Shown here: one piece after another, positions 15,886 to 21,428 of the stretch
Layout of the letters: each line of letters begins with the position of its first letter
Position numbering within the stretch: position 1 is the first letter of the stretch
Origin: Candidatus Nanohaloarchaea archaeon
Lineage (GTDB): Archaea; Nanohalarchaeota; Nanosalinia; Nanosalinales; Nanosalinaceae
Assembly: GCA_046497485.1 (NCBI GenBank)
Contig: JAWOFP010000010.1
Location: 1-21,428 of the forward strand
Direction: 5' to 3'
Length of the DNA stretch: 21,428 nucleotides
Made by a program: the position numbers and the translations under genes
Notes under the pieces: generated by a model
Told to the model about the DNA's origin: nothing
Database searches by the model: none
The model's input: only the letters and a program-made list of their open reading frames with translations

Positions 15886-17481
15886 CTAAAGTTGCTCAGG
15901 GTTGTAGTCGGCTTCAACCATCGCCTGAATCTGGTTTTCAATTTCTTCAGCACTACCTTCTCCTGCAAGGCCTACAATAGCTGGCCCCATTTCTTTGGCA
16001 TAAGAGGTAAGCTGGCGCTTTTTCTTCTCTTGAATAGCTTTTCTCTCTTTCCTTCCGATGTATCTTCCAAGCTTTCTACCGGCTTCTTGAAGCGCTAACT
16101 TCATCTCTTTCCTGATAGGATCGTAGTTAGCTACAGCTTCCTTACCTTCAGATGTGAACGGAACCCAGACAGAAGCAATATGCACTAAAATATAAAGCGG
16201 GCCTTGAGGCCTGTTACCTGTCTGACTAATATTGTAGCGGTTCCAGGAAACATTTTCAATTGCTTTAGTTGTTACACATGAAGACTTTTTGTAAAGCAGC
16301 GGGACTTTGTTCGCATAACGGAGTTCTTCGAAGCTTCCTTCATCTTCAATATCTCCACCCCATGCAAGGCCTACTTCTATTTGGAAAGGATTTCCTTTGT
16401 AGACTGTAGGTTTACGGGTAATCGCAGTAGAGAATTCAGGATTTAACTCCTTTTTCAGGCCTTTCAATACTAGGTCTTCTCCAATCGGTGAAAGGCAGTC
16501 TGTTGGAGGGCTCTGAAGCTTCACATTCTGTGCTGCTTTAAGCAAGGTCTCTATCTCATCTTTATCTAAAGTGTTAGGCCTCCTACCTGTATCCATGTCC
16601 GCCTCATCGCAGATTTCTTCTGCTGAAGTTCTCCCAACTCGTGTGAATTCGTTCTGCAGGAATGACGTGATTGTTCTTGCTGAACTGTTTTCCACCATTC
16701 TCATCATAACTCCTAGCTCTACTCCATGAGGGTGAGGCTTGATCTCCTTAGGTTTCTTCGGTAGATCTCTGGAAACTCTTGGATATTCGATCTTGTTTCC
16801 GTCAGGCTCTCGCAGTACTACTCTGGCATACGGGTTCATAATTGCGGTATGCTTCAGGTAGTTCTTTACGGAGTGGTGTCCATGAGTGTATTTCGCCTCG
16901 ATATCCATCTCAATCGTTGTACCGTGATCAAAGTAGTAGTCTTTGTCTCCTGGGAACTCATCGCTTTCAGGATCGACTACTTCATCTTCTGTAATATTTG
17001 GCTCGTTTGTCTCTGTATCAATACTTACAACAAATTTGTGGCATGGCTCGCCTTCCTGTTTGGAGTAAACTGTTACAGGCTCTCCTGTAGTTAACTGTGC
17101 ATACATTGCGGATGCAGAGATTCCGATTCCCTGCTGTCCACGGCTCTGCTGCAGTTTGTGGAACTTTGAACCATAAAGTAATTTACCGAAAACCTTTGGA
17201 ATAGTCTCTCGGTCAAGGCCTATAGCGTTGTCCCTGATCTCGACTCGACACTTCTTATCTCCTATCTCATCTATCAGGACATGTATTTCCGGCAGAATTT
17301 CGTCTTCCTCGCATGCGTCCAGCGAGTTGTCGACTGCCTCTTTTACTACTGTTATTATTGATTTCTGTGCGTTTTCAAATCCGAGGAGATGCTTGTTCTT
17401 TTCGAAGAACTCTGCTACGGAGATCTCTCTGTGGTCTCCGCCTGCTTCTTCCTCTATTTCTTCTTCAATTCCGTTTGGCAT
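15886..17481 (-). CDS. top6B: DNA topoisomerase VI subunit B
   Basis: SVAEFFEKN, KEAVDNSLDA, SRGQQGIGIS GHKL motifs, RYANKVPLLY. Start likely ATG 17481 (AGGTGA upstream); GTG 17496 is the alternative. Confidence 0.97.
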   Translation of the reverse strand: MPNGIEEEIEEEAGGDHREISVAEFFEKNKHLLGFENAQKSIITVVKEAVDNSLDACEEDEILPEIHVLIDEIGDKKCRVEIRDNAIGLDRETIPKVFGKLLYGSKFHKLQQSRGQQGIGISASAMYAQLTTGEPVTVYSKQEGEPCHKFVVSIDTETNEPNITEDEVVDPESDEFPGDKDYYFDHGTTIEMDIEAKYTHGHHSVKNYLKHTAIMNPYARVVLREPDGNKIEYPRVSRDLPKKPKEIKPHPHGVELGVMMRMVENSSARTITSFLQNEFTRVGRTSAEEICDEADMDTGRRPNTLDKDEIETLLKAAQNVKLQSPPTDCLSPIGEDLVLKGLKKELNPEFSTAITRKPTVYKGNPFQIEVGLAWGGDIEDEGSFEELRYANKVPLLYKKSSCVTTKAIENVSWNRYNISQTGNRPQGPLYILVHIASVWVPFTSEGKEAVANYDPIRKEMKLALQEAGRKLGRYIGRKERKAIQEKKKRQLTSYAKEMGPAIVGLAGEGSAEEIENQIQAMVEADYNPEQL

Positions 17482-17492
17482 AGTATTTTTGT

Positions 17493-17996
17493 TCACCTTC
17501 TGATTCTGTCCTGGTTTTTCTCCAGGTAATTATAAGCTGTAGAGTGAGAGCTACCGTTCAAAAGCATTTTCACCGCTCCCTGAGCTACTTCAATATTCTG
17601 AATATGTCCGATAAAACCTACGGTCTTACCGTAAACCGATATTTGGACTTCGGTCATTTTCTCGATATGCTTCCGTGTCTCACCGTCACGGCCTATGACT
17701 CGTCCTTTCAAACGCTCCTGACCATTCTGGCGGTCATCAAACTTGCTGATATCTAAGTGATGAAAATCAAAGTCTTCCTGAACAAGTTTTAAGGCCTTAT
17801 CAGGGTTAAAACCTCTGCCTATAGCCTTGACAATTCTTTGAGCATCCATCTCGTCAAGAACATCACCTTCTACCTTGACATCGTTATCTTCGATAGTTAC
17901 TTCTGTACCTGTGTCTTCTTCGATACGGTCTTTGGTTTCTCCACCTTCACCGATAAGAACGCCTACGCGGTCTTCAGGAATACGGACTTCTCTCAC
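17493..17996 (-). CDS. KH-domain rRNA processing protein (Dim2/Pno1/Krr1 family)
   Basis: RVGVLIGEGG, AIGRGF, GRVIGRDG, SVYGKTV. Start likely GTG 17996 (TATAAAAA about 25 nt upstream); ORF track gives 18014. Confidence 0.93.
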   Translation of the reverse strand: MREVRIPEDRVGVLIGEGGETKDRIEEDTGTEVTIEDNDVKVEGDVLDEMDAQRIVKAIGRGFNPDKALKLVQEDFDFHHLDISKFDDRQNGQERLKGRVIGRDGETRKHIEKMTEVQISVYGKTVGFIGHIQNIEVAQGAVKMLLNGSSHSTAYNYLEKNQDRIRR

Positions 17997-18048
17997 AAAA
18001 AATAGTGGTCGCACAACCTTTTTATACCTTGGAACTGCCTTAGAGGCC

Positions 18049-18807
18049 TTAACGACCGGGTATTACAGAATTTAAAGCTTCCTCATGTGTCATATTTGCT
18101 CCTTGTTTCCTGAAGAAATTCACAATATTTTCCACATCCCTCTTCAAAAGTTCTCGGGCCTCAGGGTGTGATTCATGGACTCCTTGCGAAAAATCAATCC
18201 AAACTAACTGGTCTTCTTCAACTAAAATATTATACTCTGACAAATCGCCATGAACTAATTTCTCTTCTTCCCATAAGGCCTTCATATTTTCTAGTACCTG
18301 ATTTAGGGCTGCTTCAGGATTCTCAATATTTACTTCTTTCAACTTGGGATAGGCCTGTAAGTCCTCGCCGACAAACTCCATAACCAGTACATTTTCCTGC
18401 AAACCATAGACTTTAGGGCATCTAACAACATTGGAGGCCTTTTTCAAGTTCTTGAACTCTTTTTTCGCCCAAGCATCCACCACGCTTTTCCGGTCTTTCT
18501 TCACCCCTCTAAATCTTTTATCTCCACGGAGATACTGATGCATCTCTCTGAATGCTCCAGCACGCTTCATGTAGATCTTGACAACGGCTAGGCCTTCATC
18601 CGTCTCAGCCAATAAAATTGCGGATTCTTTCCCTGATTCAATTATTCCATGCATCCTGTTAATCAAATTCCTGTCAGCGGCCTTCAACAAGGCATCCATA
18701 GTGTCATCATCTAAGACGTTCTCAACTGCTTTCTGGGCCTCTGAAGAGTCGAACATACGGCGCTTCTTCTCCTTCCGTCGCGGATACATCTCGTCGTCTT
18801 CAACCAT
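18049..18807 (-). CDS. rio1: RIO1 family Ser/Thr kinase
   Basis: SGKES, VKIY, WAKKEFKNL, LVHGDLSEYNIL, IDFSQ; conserved context. Confidence 0.95.
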   Translation of the reverse strand: MVEDDEMYPRRKEKKRRMFDSSEAQKAVENVLDDDTMDALLKAADRNLINRMHGIIESGKESAILLAETDEGLAVVKIYMKRAGAFREMHQYLRGDKRFRGVKKDRKSVVDAWAKKEFKNLKKASNVVRCPKVYGLQENVLVMEFVGEDLQAYPKLKEVNIENPEAALNQVLENMKALWEEEKLVHGDLSEYNILVEEDQLVWIDFSQGVHESHPEARELLKRDVENIVNFFRKQGANMTHEEALNSVIPGR

Positions 18808-18884
18808 TATAGAATATAGTTTGAGGCCTCAGAGATTTAATCTTTGAAAATTCTGTCTAGAAATTAAGTATAGAAAAATAGGTT

Positions 18885-19199
18885 TTATAGGAACTCCTTG
18901 ATCTCGTCAAGGTAGTCTCTGTCTTCTAACCAGTCCTGCTGGGCCTGGCTGAAGCTCTCTATGATGTCTCCTTTCTCGTCTCCCTGAATATCCCAAGGAT
19001 CTACAAGTACAACTGAGTCTCTCTTAACCCAGAGGCCTCTCTTCTTTGATCCAGGGATGCGGCAGGTTCTCTCATTTCCGTCTGTGCAGTATACTTTGTA
19101 TTTTCCGCCGCCTACTTTACGCAGTACGATTCCCAGTACTTCATCTCCACTAGGTGTGCGTACACGCTTTATTTCCTGATCTTCATCGTCTTGAGCCAT
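18885..19199 (-). CDS. eif1a: Translation initiation factor aIF-1A
   Basis: VYCTDGNERTCRIPG, LWVKRDSVVLVDPWDIQGDEKGDI. Confidence 0.95.
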   Translation of the reverse strand: MAQDDEDQEIKRVRTPSGDEVLGIVLRKVGGGKYKVYCTDGNERTCRIPGSKKRGLWVKRDSVVLVDPWDIQGDEKGDIIESFSQAQQDWLEDRDYLDEIKEFL

Positions 19200-19259
19200 T
19201 ATATTATGTTATTGTTGATTGAAGTTTTTTAAACCGCTACAGTCATAAGTAGAATTTCA

Positions 19260-19931
19260 TTATAGCCTTACAGAAACCACATTTCTGTAGACTCGCTGAC
19301 CATCGTCTTCTCCCACGAGTTCGTAGCTTCTCTCAATATCAGGGTTGTAACTCTCTCTAAGCATTGAAAGAATCTTTTTGTTCATTTTCTCGGTCGATAG
19401 GTAGAAGTCTATTCCGCCGTCCCGCTGCTCCATATTGGATAAGAAGTCTGAACGGTTTCTATTAGTGAGCTCGGCGGCTTTATCAGTTATTTCATCCGCT
19501 ATGTCCTGAATATTTTCTCCTCTCAACTGGATCTTGGCTTTGTAGAATCCGCCTTGGAATCTTGAGCAGTCCGGGCACTGGTCCTCGGTCCATTCAACTT
19601 TGACATCTGCAAAATCCTTTAATTCTCCTTCAGAGATATGCAGTCTGACAAAGAACTCCTCTTCTTCCTCCCAGTATTGAAGCTCTAAATGATAATCCTC
19701 TGCAATATCCGAAAAGGCCTCTGCCAGTTGATCTTCTATGGTGTAGGCTTCTATCCATTCTCCTTTTTCTTTCATTCTGCCGCAGACAGAGCATGTCTCG
19801 ATCTCTATCTCTCGCGGAGTATCGACTAAATCATTTACATTTGTGAAACAGTCAGGACAGAGTTTTTTCTCATCTCCGTAAAGGCTGTCTGTCTCTTCAC
19901 CGCATCTCGGGCAGAATTTTGAAAGTTCCAT
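19260..19931 (-). CDS. NMD3-family ribosome-associated protein
   Basis: FCPRCG, four CxxC pairs, CPDCSRFQGGFYKAKIQLRG, GGIDFY, LVG...RVYR. Confidence 0.9.
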   Translation of the reverse strand: MELSKFCPRCGEETDSLYGDEKKLCPDCFTNVNDLVDTPREIEIETCSVCGRMKEKGEWIEAYTIEDQLAEAFSDIAEDYHLELQYWEEEEEFFVRLHISEGELKDFADVKVEWTEDQCPDCSRFQGGFYKAKIQLRGENIQDIADEITDKAAELTNRNRSDFLSNMEQRDGGIDFYLSTEKMNKKILSMLRESYNPDIERSYELVGEDDGQRVYRNVVSVRL

Positions 19932-19956
19932 AATTAATCCTTAGGTTTCAAATCTT

Positions 19957-20292
19957 TTAACTCAGATTAAGCTTATCTCCCTTTTCAAGGCCTAAATTCT
20001 CGAAACTTTCCAGCAAATACTGGTAACGTTTTTCAGGCCTGTAAAAAGCCCATGTTCTTGGGTTCCAGCCCCAAGGCATAGCTTTCTCCGTGTGAATTAA
20101 TTCTTTTTCCGAGTCAAAAAAGTAGAGGTAGAGCGGTACGGATAGTAGCACCATATCGATTTTTGCCTTTGTAGGCCTTGGGAACTTGAAAAGCATTTTA
20201 CCCTCATTTCTAAGGGATAGGCCCCAGGCCCGTTTCAGTAAGTTATCCGCCAATTCTACATTGAGTTCTTGGTCTTCTACTTTTATTTTCAT
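19957..20292 (-). CDS. DUF192 family protein
   Basis: VELAD..KRAWGL, MLFKF, PL..YFFD, YLLE, GD pattern. Confidence 0.8.
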   Translation of the reverse strand: MKIKVEDQELNVELADNLLKRAWGLSLRNEGKMLFKFPRPTKAKIDMVLLSVPLYLYFFDSEKELIHTEKAMPWGWNPRTWAFYRPEKRYQYLLESFENLGLEKGDKLNLS

Positions 20293-20765
20293 TCAGTTGA
20301 TGGCTCATCGTAGAAGCTAAATGCTTTTGCCAGTCTTGGAGTCCTGGTCAGGCCTTTTGTCAATCTTTCAAGTCTTGCAGCTCTGCTTAACTCTCCGCTT
20401 CCGGCAATCGCCGCTAGTCTTTCTGACCGAGTGGCTAAATGAATAGCATCTTGGCTGAGCTCTGCACTCCTAGTTATCACAAATATGGTGTCTAGGACTC
20501 TGAATAGGATGAATCCTGGCATTATCGCAATTATTTCCAGCCAGTACTTTTTGACAAAACCTTCCCATTCTGAGGCCCGTTTGAATTTGAACCCTAAGTC
20601 AACGACAAATATCGAAATAGCAGAGTAATCTGCTACAAGTATAGCTGTATGGTATTTATGGGCTAAATCTGGAAGAAATATCTCCATCAAAATTACAATT
20701 AAGATTACTATTAGAGCTGGACCTACAAGCCTATCAGTCCAGTCATGAAGTGTATCCCAGTCCAT
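20289..20765 (-). CDS. Membrane protein resembling an isolated voltage-sensor (ion transport S1-S4) domain
   Basis: S2-like IFVVDLGFKF, S3-like FVKKYWLEIIAIMP, RxxR series SRAARLERLTKGLTRTPRLAK; no pore motif. Confidence 0.6.
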   Translation of the reverse strand: MDWDTLHDWTDRLVGPALIVILIVILMEIFLPDLAHKYHTAILVADYSAISIFVVDLGFKFKRASEWEGFVKKYWLEIIAIMPGFILFRVLDTIFVITRSAELSQDAIHLATRSERLAAIAGSGELSRAARLERLTKGLTRTPRLAKAFSFYDEPSTE

Positions 20766-20887
20766 ATCAAAAATTGCTGAAGCTTAATTAAATATATTTG
20801 GCCGAATAAACTCGCTGAGCCAATGCTGAGTCCTCAAACACTATTTATAGAGAATCATGAGAGAAAAATTAAGAAATTTAGGCCTCG

Positions 20888-21163
20888 TTAAAAAGATTTC
20901 AGACTTCCCAAGTCGTCTCTTTCCTCAGTGTTGCCTTCTGTTGTCAACCATTTCTTATCATGGACTTTCAGTTTATCGCCCTCAGCCCATCTACCGTCAT
21001 CAAGATATGCGGTTCTGACATCCTTCCCTTTCCTGACATGTTTAAGGACTTTCTTCCGTTTCCTGATCTTTTCAGCCTTTTCCTGAAGGCCTTTACTCGT
21101 CTTTACTTTTGCTATCTGTCCGTCATCGTTCCGCCTCACATTTTTCACATAGTATTCTACCAT
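20888..21163 (-). CDS. DUF3892-like small basic protein
   Basis: YYVKNVRR.DGQI N-terminus and WLTTEGN..DDLGSL.F C-terminus resemble DUF3892. Confidence 0.65.
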   Translation of the reverse strand: MVEYYVKNVRRNDDGQIAKVKTSKGLQEKAEKIRKRKKVLKHVRKGKDVRTAYLDDGRWAEGDKLKVHDKKWLTTEGNTEERDDLGSLKSF

Positions 21164-21240
21164 AGTAATAGAAAGGCCTCAGAAGGGTATATGGTTATGT
21201 ACAGAAGAATAAAGCCGATAATTTAGAGATAACGCTTATT

Positions 21241-21312
21241 CGCCCGCACAGGGATTTGAACCCTGGATCTGCACCTCCGCAAGGTGCCGTCTTTCCACTA
21301 GACCATGCGGGC
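21241..21312 (-). tRNA. tRNA-Arg(GCG)
   Basis: GCCCGCA/TGCGGGC acceptor, GCACC-TTGCGGA-GGTGC anticodon arm, CAGGG-TTCAAAT-CCCTG T arm. Confidence 0.95.
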
Positions 21313-21407
21313 CTTACAAGTAGTTATTTTTGAGAAGGGTTTTAAATCCAGAATGGGCCCGGCTTTTATATACTCGGCGCGTTAAACCCGTTTTAAAGGT
21401 GAACAAA

Positions 21408-21428
21408 ATGGAATTAATCGAAAAGATC
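21408..21428 (+). CDS. 5' end of a CDS (partial, MELIEKI...)
   Basis: ATG preceded by AGGTGA SD and upstream TTTTATATA/TTTTAAA boxes. Confidence 0.55.

Larger units (their letters stand above)
258..21179. repeat. Dispersed highly iterated palindrome AGGCCT (about 70 copies)
   Basis: Hand count about 70, e.g. 258, 373, 425, 546, 643, 863, 7541, 7565, 7662, 16207, 16367, 16457, 16576, 21174. Confidence 0.9.

Noticed and set aside
14744..19199. aIF1A-RIO1-KH-top6B-top6A gene order as a novelty
   Set aside because: Well-known conserved archaeal cluster; no inteins or disruptions visible.
20800..20835. GGCCGAATA match to the tRNA-Phe 5' end plus GCTGAG repeats
   Set aside because: Only 9 nt of identity, no cloverleaf, weak hairpin; not credible as an att site or tRNA fragment.
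639..21226. Many 60-140 aa antisense or alternate-frame ORFs inside recognised genes
   Set aside because: Shadow ORFs (Ser/Leu/Phe-rich mirrors of Glu/Lys codons) with no motifs.

Overview
Gene-dense archaeal chromosomal segment (roughly 40% GC by eye, strongly acidic proteins), most likely from a nanohaloarchaeon (DPANN). The xenorhodopsin closely resembles the Nanosalina-type inward proton pump, and two tRNAs carry archaeal-type introns. Left part: ureohydrolase, 2H phosphoesterase and an ACT-domain regulator. The regulator is divergent from a tightly packed unit: short (possibly frameshifted) leader ORF, GNAT-like orphan, M20 deacylase, tRNA-Arg(UCU, intron), tRNA-Arg(ACG), argS. Middle part: tRNA-Phe, transglutaminase-like protein, deoxyhypusine synthase, a variant histone, a candidate structured ncRNA, tRNA-Asn (intron), a phosphodiesterase, two tandem CPA2 antiporters and xenorhodopsin. 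Right part: the conserved aIF1A-RIO1-KH-top6B-top6A block, NMD3, DUF192, a pore-less voltage-sensor-like protein, DUF3892 and tRNA-Arg(GCG). Most unusual signals: (1) the palindrome AGGCCT occurs about 70 times (hand count) against about 3 expected; (2) an A34 tRNA-Arg(ACG), atypical for archaea, coexists with tRNA-Arg(GCG) and sits inside an arginine-themed operon; (3) an unannotated GC-rich structured element lies at 9262-9348. All product calls come from motif recognition, not database searches.
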